From a virus, in IMG/VR virus record IMGVR_UViG_3300048599_000281: a stretch of 64,000 bases of DNA. One strand, written 5' to 3'. Of this stretch, positions 44,514-52,134 are shown one piece after another (within the stretch, counting starts at the first letter, position 1; every line of letters starts with the position of its first letter). The notes under the pieces are model-generated. The model did no database searches. It was not told where the DNA came from and saw only the letters and a list, made by a program, of their open reading frames with translations. The position numbers and the translations under genes are program-made.

Positions 44514-44671
44514 CAGCGTGCCTTGGCGGCGATCGTGACGCGCCCCTCGTCGATCACCTCGATCATCAGACGGCAGGACTCTTTTGCTTCGGGTGAAATC
44601 GTGCCGTCGAAATTCTTATCCTCGGCGAGCCCGAGTTCCAGAATGTCGCGAATATGGATCAGATCGAGCAT
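44513..44671 (-). CDS. Hypothetical small protein
   Basis: 52 aa from ATG 44671 with GAGGG 5 nt upstream. Confidence 0.55.
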   Translation of the reverse strand: MLDLIHIRDILELGLAEDKNFDGTISPEAKESCRLMIEVIDEGRVTIAAKAR

Positions 44672-44688
44672 TGCGCCCTCGTTGTTTG

Positions 44689-44719
44689 CATCACGCTGTG
44701 ACTGTTGCACAGCGTGATG
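44689..44719 (-). other. 12-bp-stem hairpin in a 5' leader
   Basis: CATCACGCTGTG-N7-CACAGCGTGATG. The 3' arm runs into the GATGCAAAC leader. Confidence 0.7.
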
Positions 44720-44720
44720 C

Positions 44721-44733
44721 GGAATGCGGTAGG
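44721..44733 (-). promoter_or_regulatory. CCWACCGCAWTCC-type upstream box (CCTACCGCATTCC)
   Basis: 29 nt upstream of the ATGCAAAC leader. Confidence 0.5.
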
Positions 44734-44837
44734 CGCTGCTAGGCAGCTTTGCGCCGCGGGTTCTGCGCATGAGCAAGCGCCAGAGCACTCGTCTTGAAGC
44801 AGCCCACCCACGGACCGGTGGACGAGGAGCTCCAATA

Positions 44838-44972
44838 TCAGCCCTGACCCTTGGGACCCCGCTTCCAAGCGATCACGTAGCCGTCGTGACAGCCCTCATG
44901 AGAATTCGCCGAGGCGTCGCCGAGGATCGAGTTGGCACGCCAGGGTTTTGTCTTCGGCATGATCCAAGCCAT
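44838..44972 (-). CDS. Possible small ORF
   Basis: 44 aa, MAWIMPKTKPWRANSILGD.., with GGAGAAG 6 nt upstream. Confidence 0.35.
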   Translation of the reverse strand: MAWIMPKTKPWRANSILGDASANSHEGCHDGYVIAWKRGPKGQG

Positions 44973-45036
44973 GTTCGTCTTCTCCGTTGGTTACGTTGCG
45001 TCGTCGCAACGCAATCAGAGCAGCACGCTCCGGCGT

Positions 45037-45049
45037 GGATTGCGGTTGG
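45037..45049 (-). promoter_or_regulatory. CCWACCGCAWTCC-type box (CCAACCGCAATCC)
   Basis: Here it lies 12 nt downstream of the -10-like box at 45062. Confidence 0.45.
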
Positions 45050-45061
45050 TCTGTTGCGGGA

Positions 45062-45070
45062 GATATAGCG
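45062..45070 (-). promoter_or_regulatory. -10-like box CGCTATATC
   Basis: At the left edge of array B. Confidence 0.5.
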
Positions 45071-45300
45071 CCTAAAATCTCAGGCCACGGACTTCTCACC
45101 AAGGGCTTCGCCCCATGGAGAACCACGGTGCGCTCAACCCACGGCCGGGCCATGGCGCAAACCCCTTGGTTCGAACCCCGTGGGTCAGGCAGCCGAGGAT
45201 CGTCCCGGTGCCATGCACCGGGTCCCATGGACCCTACCGGTTCCTAGGCCTGACGCGCGTGGTTCCTAAAATCCTGGTCCCATGGCGCAGCTCGCACAGT
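45071..45300. repeat. Noncoding array B: CCATGG x4 plus CCACGG/CCGTGG/CCTTGG/CCAAGG words
   Basis: Dense CC-NN-GG hexamers. Contains the 25-bp block and a duplicated GGTTCCTA. Confidence 0.8.
45222..45246 (+). repeat. 25-bp direct repeat GTCCCATGGACCCTACCGGTTCCTA, copy 2
   Basis: Identical to 43281-43305. GGTTCCTAAAATC follows after a 14-bp insertion. Confidence 0.9.
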
Positions 45301-45325
45301 GAAAAGGGGCGCCGAAGCGCCCCTT
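45301..45325 (-). terminator. Rho-independent terminator after 45342..46220
   Basis: Minus-strand AAGGGGCGC-TTCG-GCGCCCCTT followed by TTC. Confidence 0.85.
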
Positions 45326-45341
45326 CCCTTTGTGTCGGCGA

Positions 45342-46220
45342 TCAGGCCGAGGTCGCCGCCATCATGCGCGCTTCCAGATGCGCCACCGCGGGGTGGTCCG
45401 TCAGCGTGAAGGTCGGGTTGCGAACCGAACCCTCGCGCTTGACGAGGCCCAGGGTCTCCAGAGCCTGCATCGTGGACGAGGCTTGCGTGGGCGCGGTCGA
45501 GGCGCTCACGGTGTGCCGATGCAGCGCCGAGCGCAGCGACACGTCCGCGACCTTGATCTTGTCCGAAGCCGCAGCCTTCGCCAGCTCGCCCGTGAAAGCG
45601 AGACCGGCCTTGCGGAACTGGAACAAGGACTTCAGACAGGCGCGGTTGATGGCGTTCTGGACCGAGCCATCGGTCAGACCGCGGACGAGATCGGCGAGCT
45701 TGCCGATCGCGTAGACGTTGTAGCGGGAACCCTCGTGATAGGTGCGATTGAGGGTCTCCGGGGTGACGGTACAGGCGATCATCACGCGAGCGGCGCGCCG
45801 CGTCACCATCGCCTCGCGAGCGGACTTGAGGGTGCGCTGGATATTGTGTCCATCGCCCTTCTTCGCCTTCTCGAACTCCACGCGCTCGTCGACCGCCTTG
45901 GCGATCTTGCCGACGACCACGTCCGCATCCGCATCGCTGATCGCGTTGATCTGCTGGCTGAACGGGGTGGAAGCCTGCGGATCTTCGACCGCGAGCACCG
46001 TCTGCGCCTCGATGTTGCTCGGCGCCGTCGGCACATGGACCGGTTCGGCTTCGAGGCTGAGGCTCTCGATCGCCGCAACGTCGTCGGCGTCGATCAGCAT
46101 CGGCGACGGGTCCATCTGGGCTTCGGTCGGGGCGGTGGTCTCGGTCATGGCGAACTCGGTCGCGGGCTTCTCGCTCGCCACCTCGACGTTCTTCGCCTTC
46201 TTGTCCTTACGCTTGCTCAT
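45342..46220 (-). CDS. Phage protein of unknown function (family with 42125..42730 and probably 57527..58219)
   Basis: 292 aa from ATG 46220 (GGAG 6 nt upstream); the track start at 46244 lies inside the conserved leader. Acidic N-terminal half and a conserved C-terminal half. Confidence 0.78.
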   Translation of the reverse strand: MSKRKDKKAKNVEVASEKPATEFAMTETTAPTEAQMDPSPMLIDADDVAAIESLSLEAEPVHVPTAPSNIEAQTVLAVEDPQASTPFSQQINAISDADADVVVGKIAKAVDERVEFEKAKKGDGHNIQRTLKSAREAMVTRRAARVMIACTVTPETLNRTYHEGSRYNVYAIGKLADLVRGLTDGSVQNAINRACLKSLFQFRKAGLAFTGELAKAAASDKIKVADVSLRSALHRHTVSASTAPTQASSTMQALETLGLVKREGSVRNPTFTLTDHPAVAHLEARMMAATSA

Positions 46221-46289
46221 TTCGATCTCCGTTGCTGTTTGCATCCGTCACGTTGTTGTGACGATTGCGACAGTCGCAGATCGCGGTGC

Positions 46290-46302
46290 GGAATGCGGTA
46301 GG
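46290..46302 (-). promoter_or_regulatory. CCWACCGCAWTCC-type upstream box (CCTACCGCATTCC)
   Basis: 45 nt upstream of the ATGCAAAC leader at 46237-46244. The hairpin CGTCAC-N6-GTGACG lies between them. Confidence 0.5.
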
Positions 46303-46399
46303 CAAATGCATAGGCGCACAGGCAGCTCGTGCGCGCTCGCGCGTTCTTTATACATGCGCACAACCGAGCTTTTAGGCAGGTGTGGGGTTGTGGCGGCGC

Positions 46400-46700
46400 G
46401 GGAGTGGAGCTGGTGTGGACTTCCTCGGTCGGGCCATGGCGAACCAAGGAGAACCAAGGAATGCCTCGGAGAGGCCATGGTCTCCCAGCCGGAGAGATCC
46501 GCCATGTTTCGTCTATTATAGGCCTAGTTATACCTAATAGACGAAAATAGGCTTTTTGGTCGAAATGGGAAAATGGGGTGTCGAGTGTTCCATGGCTCCG
46601 GCTCGGGAAAGGGGTTCGCCATGGGACAGCCTGGCGGCGGCGATCGCCAAGGTTCCTGCCGAAGCATGGCTCGCGCCGGTTCCTAGATTCCTGAACTGAT
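46400..46700. repeat. Noncoding array C: CCATGG x4, CCAAGG x3, GGTTCCT words
   Basis: Same word set as arrays A and B, interrupted by the 46507-46546 inverted repeat. Confidence 0.75.
46507..46546. repeat. Perfect 12-bp inverted repeat TTTCGTCTATTA-N16-TAATAGACGAAA
   Basis: Contains two CGTCTATTA boxes in opposite orientation. Confidence 0.9.
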
Positions 46701-46769
46701 GGGTGAAAGGGCGAGGCCGACACAAACGGGCCGGCCTCGCAAGGTGCGGACCGCAGCAAGTGCGGCCGT

Positions 46770-46830
46770 GATGCAAACGACACCGCGGAGATCGGTGAGA
46801 GCGTGTCTAAGCGCAAACCCCTAGACGCAG
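46770..46830 (+). pseudogene. Degenerate inverted copy of the leader and first codons of the 46220 gene
   Basis: GATGCAAACGACACCGCGGAGATCGGTGAGAGCGTGTCTAAGCGCAAA resembles GATGCAAACAGCAACGGAGATCGAAATGAGCAAGCGTAAG. The downstream ORF 46803..47192 has atypical third-position composition. Confidence 0.3.
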
Positions 46831-47028
46831 CGTCGCAAGCGAGAGATAGCGCGTGTCGATGTGGATCGCAATCGGCGGTCATAGGGCAGATCGTCAGGGG
46901 TGAGGATGGTGGGGCGCCAACCCGTCGTCTCACCTGTCTTCTTCCCCACGATCGTCTTTCTGTCTCCCCTATGCGTCTCCCCTGCCCTCGTCTCTCTATG
47001 GCGTCTCATGCTCTTAAGAGCCTGGTAG

Positions 47029-47037
47029 CGTCTATTA
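47029..47037 (+). promoter_or_regulatory. CGTCTATTA box, copy 4
   Basis: GCGTCTATTAGGT, in a tract with repeated CGTCTC words. Confidence 0.6.
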
Positions 47038-47125
47038 GGTGCTCTGGTGAGCATCGTCTCCGATATACGTTTTCCCTTATAGAAAGCGCAGATCCCGATC
47101 AGCTTCAGATTATAGATTTCGCGGT

Positions 47126-47138
47126 GTCGCTAAATCGC
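47126..47138 (+). promoter_or_regulatory. Isolated TCGCTA-type site GTCGCTAAATCGC
   Basis: Same half-site as the 56.6-kb array and the parA operator. Confidence 0.5.
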
Positions 47139-47233
47139 TCGGGGCTATCTTTCTGCGGGGTCTGTTTGCTTGTGCGGGGTGAGCACTCTTAAGTCTATCG
47201 GTGGTGTTTGTGCTGTCGGGAGTATGAGAATTT

Positions 47234-47496
47234 TGGTTGTCTTTTGGGTCGAAAATTATTTTGGGCGTTGGTTGTGCAACTAAGAGTCAACCAAACGACA
47301 ACCAGTCAGCACTGAATTGGTAATCGGGTATTGCCCGCAGAGCGATTTGGTTGTTATTTTGGTTGCATTGGGCCTGGAGAGAGCGGCGGGCTTGTGGGTG
47401 AAAATAGTGGCCTGGTGGGGTTGGACTACCAGGCCTGGTGGGGAGAGACCTCTGTGCGGTGGACCTGGTTGTTACTGGTTGTCTTGATGACAACCG
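47234..47496. repeat. TGGTTGT / ACAACCA word cluster
   Basis: At least 8 copies in both orientations (47234, 47269, about 47290-47303, 47348, 47359, 47466, 47476, 47490). The last ones fall inside the lipoprotein signal-peptide codons. Confidence 0.65.
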
Positions 47497-47780
47497 GCTG
47501 CGTGACGAATGAGAGCGGCTTGCGGTGGGCGACGGCGCCGGGTGAGCAGGTCCAGGTCAACGGCACGAACTATTGGGTGGCCTGGGTTGCCAGAGAGGGC
47601 GGCTATGATCTGCGCAGCGGCTACAAGGAGATCGTGAGCACACTGGATGAGATTGCGGACAAGGCCAATGCGGTGACGGCAGCGAAGCAAGTCGGGGCGA
47701 AGCTGTGCGGCCGGCCGATTGCGATCGAGACCGAGGACAAGGCTGGCCGGCTGTATTCGTTTCGGATCCGGTGCGCCTGA
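47454..47780 (+). CDS. Lipoprotein (candidate lysogeny-expressed moron)
   Basis: GTG 47454 with GGAGAG 6 nt upstream. VRWTWLLLVVLMTTGC has a lipobox Cys. Rightward gene in a leftward region. Confidence 0.68.
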   Translation: MRWTWLLLVVLMTTGCVTNESGLRWATAPGEQVQVNGTNYWVAWVAREGGYDLRSGYKEIVSTLDEIADKANAVTAAKQVGAKLCGRPIAIETEDKAGRLYSFRIRCA

Positions 47781-47879
47781 TCCATTCAAAAAGTCCTCTA
47801 TCTCGTGGGTTGTGTGAAATTGAAATAACCCGTATCGGTTGAATCGGCGTTAGCCGAGACAGTCGGTCGGGGTTCTACA

Positions 47880-48137
47880 TTGATTTTCGGTAGTTTCGAT
47901 TTTTGCAGCTACGGGCCGCGCGAGCCGCTTTGCATTACCCGGCGCAACGCCGAACCCTGGTGGAGCGGACCCCAGGAGATCGACGGCGTCCATATCTTCT
48001 ACGACCGCGGCGCCGGGCGGGTCGGATCAGTCACCATTGACGATCCGCATAACGAGGCCTCGATCAAGACTGCGGCGAAATATCTGGGCGTGCCGGTGTG
48101 GTGGATGCGCCGGAAGATCCGTCAGTTTGCGGACTAG
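47880..48137 (+). CDS. Hypothetical protein (start uncertain)
   Basis: 85-aa ORF with a TTG start and GC-rich third positions. Confidence 0.5.
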   Translation: MIFGSFDFCSYGPREPLCITRRNAEPWWSGPQEIDGVHIFYDRGAGRVGSVTIDDPHNEASIKTAAKYLGVPVWWMRRKIRQFAD

Positions 48138-48583
48138 TCCTCTCCCGGCAGCATAATGGTGATCACGGGCTCGGCGGCGGCGCCAGGGCCGCACAGCGCC
48201 TTGAGGCTGACCAGGCGGTGGGTTGCGCGCGACATGCCGCTATTACCCTTGAGGGGCACGTCCTCATTGGATTGCCAGTCACCGCGGTCGGGCATGGCGA
48301 CATAGAGTTGGTAGTCGATCTGGCTGAGATCATTTGAGGCCGTGCGGGCGATTCCCGCTTTCAGCATCCAGACGATATCCCAGAGCCGGCCGCGCACGTC
48401 CTGGCCCGGCACTGCGCCTTCCGGCACCTCGACATAGCGCGCCCAGACGGTGCTGGTCACGGCGACGGGGAATTTGAAGCCCGCTTCCCTGGCGGTGTCG
48501 CTGACATCGATCAGGACGCCGTCCTCGATCGCCTGGCGCCGGGTATAGGATGAAATCAGGTCCCAGCCGTCTTTCTCGCTCAT
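48134..48583 (-). CDS. Conserved hypothetical protein
   Basis: 149 aa, YTRRQAIEDGVLIDVSDTAREAGFKFPVAVT... I recall similar proteins in plasmid and prophage accessory regions. Not searched. Confidence 0.7.
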   Translation of the reverse strand: MSEKDGWDLISSYTRRQAIEDGVLIDVSDTAREAGFKFPVAVTSTVWARYVEVPEGAVPGQDVRGRLWDIVWMLKAGIARTASNDLSQIDYQLYVAMPDRGDWQSNEDVPLKGNSGMSRATHRLVSLKALCGPGAAAEPVITIMLPGED

Positions 48584-48780
48584 TTGGAGCGCTCCTTCTC
48601 AATCAAATAGTCCAGCAATTGAATCGTCACGTCCTTGCCAGACTGAGCCTGGCGCCGAAGATCCGCAAGATGACGAAGGTTATAGGCGCGCATGACCTCG
48701 TCGATCGCTTCGTTCGTGCTGCATCCATGCCTGGCGCGATAAGCGCGCACCCCGGCGGCGTCGGGTTTTGCAAGTGCCAT
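48580..48780 (-). CDS. Hypothetical small protein
   Basis: 66 aa with 4-nt overlaps. Confidence 0.58.
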   Translation of the reverse strand: MALAKPDAAGVRAYRARHGCSTNEAIDEVMRAYNLRHLADLRRQAQSGKDVTIQLLDYLIEKERSK

Positions 48781-49034
48781 CAGAATATTCCCCAGTTTGC
48801 CGGCCGCGCCTCTTGCGGCTGCTCCGGCATGTCTCGGCTCAGCTTCACGATCTCCTCGGCGATGTTGTCAAACATCTGATAGCCGACATCTTCCTCGTCG
48901 ACCCCGTAGGCCCGGCAGAGCATCTTGGCGTTCCAGAATTTGACGCTACGCGGGCACTTGGCTTTCATCCAAAGGTTCATGGCGATCTCGCCGGCTTCGG
49001 ACAGCTCGCTGTCTCGGGTGATATCGCCTTTCAT
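48780..49034 (-). CDS. Hypothetical small protein
   Basis: 84 aa. Confidence 0.6.
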   Translation of the reverse strand: MKGDITRDSELSEAGEIAMNLWMKAKCPRSVKFWNAKMLCRAYGVDEEDVGYQMFDNIAEEIVKLSRDMPEQPQEARPANWGIF

Positions 49035-49047
49035 TGGTCACACTTGG

Positions 49048-49317
49048 TCACGATTTCGCCGCGTCCGACTCGTTTTCGCCAGATTGCGCCTTGGTTACGT
49101 CACCAAGCGCGATGATGCGCGCTCTGTCGGGCGGCACGACCAGGTTAAGGGTGCCGCCGTTGTCCCATTTGACGCCGATCGTCCAGGTGTCGAACACCCA
49201 TACTGGGTCGTGCCAGACAGTGCCTTGGGTGCCCGGTGCGATCGGATTCGGATCGTTTGGCATGGCGATCAGCTCCACGCGATCGCCGCGCTTGAAGGTG
49301 CAGAGCGGTTTCAGCAT
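49048..49317 (-). CDS. DUF4314-like small protein
   Basis: 89 aa from ATG 49317. GDRVELIAMPNDPNPIAPGTQGTV...VKWDNGGTLNLV pattern (family recalled, not searched). Confidence 0.65.
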   Translation of the reverse strand: MLKPLCTFKRGDRVELIAMPNDPNPIAPGTQGTVWHDPVWVFDTWTIGVKWDNGGTLNLVVPPDRARIIALGDVTKAQSGENESDAAKS

Positions 49318-49430
49318 CGCACGCAATCCCCTACCCGCCCGATCCGATAGAACGGCACCCAGACCTGGTCCGAGGGGCGCAGAAAATACATCCACAGCCA
49401 GCCGGCGATCGGAAAAGCTTTGATCTTCAC
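49311..49430 (-). CDS. Possible tiny ORF
   Basis: GTG 49430, 2 nt after the upstream stop. 39 aa. Overlaps the next ATG. Confidence 0.3.
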   Translation of the reverse strand: MKIKAFPIAGWLWMYFLRPSDQVWVPFYRIGRVGDCVRC

Positions 49431-49432
49431 GG

Positions 49433-49660
49433 TCACCACCCCTTTCCGCAGTGTGATTCCTCGATTTCGATGCCCGCCTGAAACATTGGGCCATCATAGG
49501 CGCCGCCGCCGGATCCCGGATCGAGCAGCATGATAATGGCGTCATCAACACCCTCGATTGCGCCCTCAAACCCCTTCTCGGTAGCGAATTCCTGCGCCTT
49601 CTTGAGCAGGAGCGCCTCGTCAAAGACGTTGATCTCCATCACCAGCTTGAAATTGGCCAT
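49433..49660 (-). CDS. Hypothetical small protein
   Basis: 75 aa from ATG 49660 (TAATG overlap). Confidence 0.58.
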   Translation of the reverse strand: MANFKLVMEINVFDEALLLKKAQEFATEKGFEGAIEGVDDAIIMLLDPGSGGGAYDGPMFQAGIEIEESHCGKGW

Positions 49661-49908
49661 TAGGATTCTCCCGTGATCGGTGGTGATTCCAGCTCGCGAA
49701 CCAGCTCGGTCACCACCTCCTGGAGATACTCGGTGACGTGGCTGATACAGAGCGGCGCGCCGTCGCGAACGTGGATCTTTGCTTCCACATTCTCCTCGTA
49801 GCAGCGCCGGATCTCCTTCTCGGCGGTGACGCAGCAATGGCGCATCGAGCCGCGAATGATCAGCGGGTTGCGCGCGCCGCGCTGCACGGTGACGGTGAGC
49901 GTGCTCAT
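49660..49908 (-). CDS. Hypothetical small protein
   Basis: 82 aa from ATG 49908 (ATGA overlap). Confidence 0.58.
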   Translation of the reverse strand: MSTLTVTVQRGARNPLIIRGSMRHCCVTAEKEIRRCYEENVEAKIHVRDGAPLCISHVTEYLQEVVTELVRELESPPITGES

Positions 49909-50264
49909 GGAAACACCGCTTTCCACTGTCTGCCGGCGTTCAAATAGCCTTCGAGAAAGTCGTCCAATTGCGGTTGGGTGAGATTCCAAAGGCAATAGCC
50001 ATCATCGTCATCATCGCTGACCGGAAGGAACGGATGGCCCTTGCGAAAATGCTCGTGGTCTTCATCTTGGAGCTTGGGCAGCTTCTCAAGCTGATCGCGC
50101 GGAATCGCGTACATGCACCATCCATCGCCTGGATGATCGCCATATCGGAGCACATACGAGGTGATGCCGCGCTTTCTTAGCTGGTCCTCAATATCGCTTT
50201 GATAGGCGATGCCCGTTGACTTGAACATGCAGTTCAAGGCGTCGGGCTGAAAGGTGCTGTTCAT
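49905..50264 (-). CDS. Hypothetical protein
   Basis: 119 aa from ATG 50264 (ATGA overlap, GGGGTGGAA RBS). Confidence 0.62.
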   Translation of the reverse strand: MNSTFQPDALNCMFKSTGIAYQSDIEDQLRKRGITSYVLRYGDHPGDGWCMYAIPRDQLEKLPKLQDEDHEHFRKGHPFLPVSDDDDDGYCLWNLTQPQLDDFLEGYLNAGRQWKAVFP

Positions 50265-50473
50265 TTCCACCCCTGGCGTTTCATGAAGGCCTCGCGGTGG
50301 TAAGCGACCGTGTGCGGGTCGGTGTTCACCGGGTAATTGACGCGGGACAGCGCGAAGCGCTCCCTGCCCTGTTCGAACCACCGGTAGAAGATCTCCGCGA
50401 AAATCTCGTTGTTGCCGCGCACGCGCGGCACGATCTTCACGGTGAGGCTGTTGACGACGGCGGCGTGGATCAT
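50261..50473 (-). CDS. Hypothetical small protein
   Basis: 70 aa with ATGA overlaps at both ends. Confidence 0.58.
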   Translation of the reverse strand: MIHAAVVNSLTVKIVPRVRGNNEIFAEIFYRWFEQGRERFALSRVNYPVNTDPHTVAYHREAFMKRQGWK

Positions 50474-50784
50474 GCGACACCCGCGATCTGATTGCCGTCC
50501 TTGTCATAGATGGTGTCGAGGAAATCCTGGTGATCGTCGATTTCCTCTTGGAGCTGTTTATGGGAGAGCGGATTGCCATTCTCGTCGGTCGGCTGCGTCA
50601 TTTCGACGATGGTCCAGCCAGGCTCGCCGGTCTTTAGATGCATTCCGTCGAACAGCCGCTCTGCGTAGCGAACAGCGGTTGCTTCGGTCTCAAACGGCCC
50701 TTCAAAAGAAAAGCCATCCTGAACTCGTCCGGTGGCGACGGCATAGCGGATCTTCGGTTTAAGCTGGTCACTCACAGTTTGCAT
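50470..50784 (-). CDS. Hypothetical protein
   Basis: 104 aa, the first gene after the promoter-like unit at 50810-50851. Starts with ATGCAAAC. Confidence 0.62.
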   Translation of the reverse strand: MQTVSDQLKPKIRYAVATGRVQDGFSFEGPFETEATAVRYAERLFDGMHLKTGEPGWTIVEMTQPTDENGNPLSHKQLQEEIDDHQDFLDTIYDKDGNQIAGVA

Positions 50785-50809
50785 CGCGAGCCTCTTTTCT
50801 GTTCGCTCT

Positions 50810-50818
50810 GATATAGCG
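50810..50818 (-). promoter_or_regulatory. -10-like box CGCTATATC
   Basis: 25 nt upstream of ATG 50784. Confidence 0.55.
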
Positions 50819-50838
50819 ATCAGAACACAGCGCTCAGA

Positions 50839-50851
50839 GGATTGCGGTTGG
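50839..50851 (-). promoter_or_regulatory. CCWACCGCAWTCC-type upstream box (CCAACCGCAATCC)
   Basis: 20 nt upstream of the -10-like box. Confidence 0.5.
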
Positions 50852-50968
50852 CACCTGACGGGAGTTGCGTTTCAATTCTAAGCGTCACTGACGCTCGGGG
50901 CGAGCTCGATGCTGTCGCGCTATGTCGCAGTGCGTTCCCGTCGCTGTGCGACGTTCTCTGCGCGACTG

Positions 50969-51277
50969 TCAGCGATAGGAATCGATCAGCTTTGCTCGAC
51001 GCTGCACAGGCAGCTCGTCATTGGCGGCCGCGCGGCTCAGCTCCTTCATCTGAAGAAGGGTGCAATTGGAGGTCGACACCAGCACGCCTTGGATCCAGCC
51101 AAGCCAGCGCATCACCTTGTTGTTCGACATGCCTCGGTGCATCTGCGAGACCATCCAGCGCAGGTGGGATAGGCTAAGTCCGTCGCCGCCTATGTCCTGG
51201 CGGATCACCGAACAGACCGGCTCCAGATAGACCTGGTCGATGGTCTTGGCCGCGGCCAATGCCTGGTTGAGGGTCAT
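50969..51277 (-). CDS. Hypothetical protein
   Basis: 102 aa. Confidence 0.58.
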   Translation of the reverse strand: MTLNQALAAAKTIDQVYLEPVCSVIRQDIGGDGLSLSHLRWMVSQMHRGMSNNKVMRWLGWIQGVLVSTSNCTLLQMKELSRAAANDELPVQRRAKLIDSYR

Positions 51278-51576
51278 TTGCGTTTCCGCAGTGTTGCAAG
51301 GATTGAGGAAATCTCAGGCTTGATGCGGCGCGCGGTGACCTCGGTGAGGTTCATATAGGCCTGGAAGCCGATCACCTCGTCCACCGGCACGATCAGCCAG
51401 AAATCCATGCCAGTCTCGCTCCTGGCATAGATGACGCCCTTCTCGATCTGAATGTCGTCCACCGAGAAGCTGTTGCCGTTGGCGAGGATTAGATCGATTC
51501 GCCCAATCAGCCGCTGACTGGCGGCTGGATTGAGAGTTTTCAGGTCTTCGAGGATGACCTTTTCACCGATCTTCAT
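51274..51576 (-). CDS. Hypothetical protein
   Basis: 100 aa from ATG 51576 with GAGGG 6 nt upstream. Confidence 0.58.
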   Translation of the reverse strand: MKIGEKVILEDLKTLNPAASQRLIGRIDLILANGNSFSVDDIQIEKGVIYARSETGMDFWLIVPVDEVIGFQAYMNLTEVTARRIKPEISSILATLRKRK

Positions 51577-51847
51577 CGTCGCCCTCGTCGTCAATGTCGG
51601 CTTCGGCCAGATCGGCGGTGGTCTTTTCGTCCCAGGGGCCGTGAATGGTCATCGCCGGCGACAGGCTCACGCCCGGCAGACTGGGGTTCTTGAAATCGAG
51701 CCCGCTGATCGGAACCTCACCGTCTTGCGGCGTGAGCTCCAGGCAATCCATGTTCAGCTTCTTGGCGATCTCCATCGCCTCCTTCTCGCTCTCCGCCTTG
51801 ATATAGGCGGTGCCGCAGATTTTCAGTTCCACCTGGTAGAGGTTCAT
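51563..51847 (-). CDS. Hypothetical acidic-tailed protein
   Basis: 94 aa from ATG 51847. Confidence 0.58.
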   Translation of the reverse strand: MNLYQVELKICGTAYIKAESEKEAMEIAKKLNMDCLELTPQDGEVPISGLDFKNPSLPGVSLSPAMTIHGPWDEKTTADLAEADIDDEGDDEDR

Positions 51848-51849
51848 GA

Positions 51850-52134
51850 TCACGCCTCGTGCCTGTTCTTGGACACGTCGGCCACTACATCGTCCGGCGC
51901 CGGAATGATTTTCGGATTCAGCGTGCGCACCTGATTGCAGGTAACACCTTCCTCGACCCGATAGATGATGAACCGCCCGAATTGCGACGGCCGACATCGG
52001 ATGCGAATGCCTTCCTCTAGTTGCTTGAAATGGAAATCAGTGCCGAAAGCACGACGGGCCGCCTTCAATGTTGCAGCCATTTCGCGGCTGTTGGAAAGCA
52101 GCGTGAACTCCACGCGATCCTTGGACATGCTCAT
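51850..52134 (-). CDS. Hypothetical protein
   Basis: 94 aa from ATG 52134 with AAGGA 7 nt upstream. Confidence 0.58.
   Translation of the reverse strand: MSMSKDRVEFTLLSNSREMAATLKAARRAFGTDFHFKQLEEGIRIRCRPSQFGRFIIYRVEEGVTCNQVRTLNPKIIPAPDDVVADVSKNRHEA

Noticed and set aside
45168-45179. GGTTCGAACCCC, a T-loop-like string suggesting a tRNA inside array B
   Set aside because: The flanking bases do not form a T-stem (CTTGG versus CCCGT do not pair). No acceptor, D or anticodon arms could be built around it.
43073-46700. Possibility that arrays A-C are a CRISPR array
   Set aside because: There is no constant-length repeat alternating with unique spacers. The words are short and variably spaced, occur in both orientations, and no cas genes are present.
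46803-47192. 129-aa plus-strand ORF starting MSKRKPLD
   Set aside because: Only the first few codons and the leader resemble the 46220 gene. The third-position composition is unlike the confident genes, and the ORF runs through repeat words. It is called a remnant or noncoding, not a gene.
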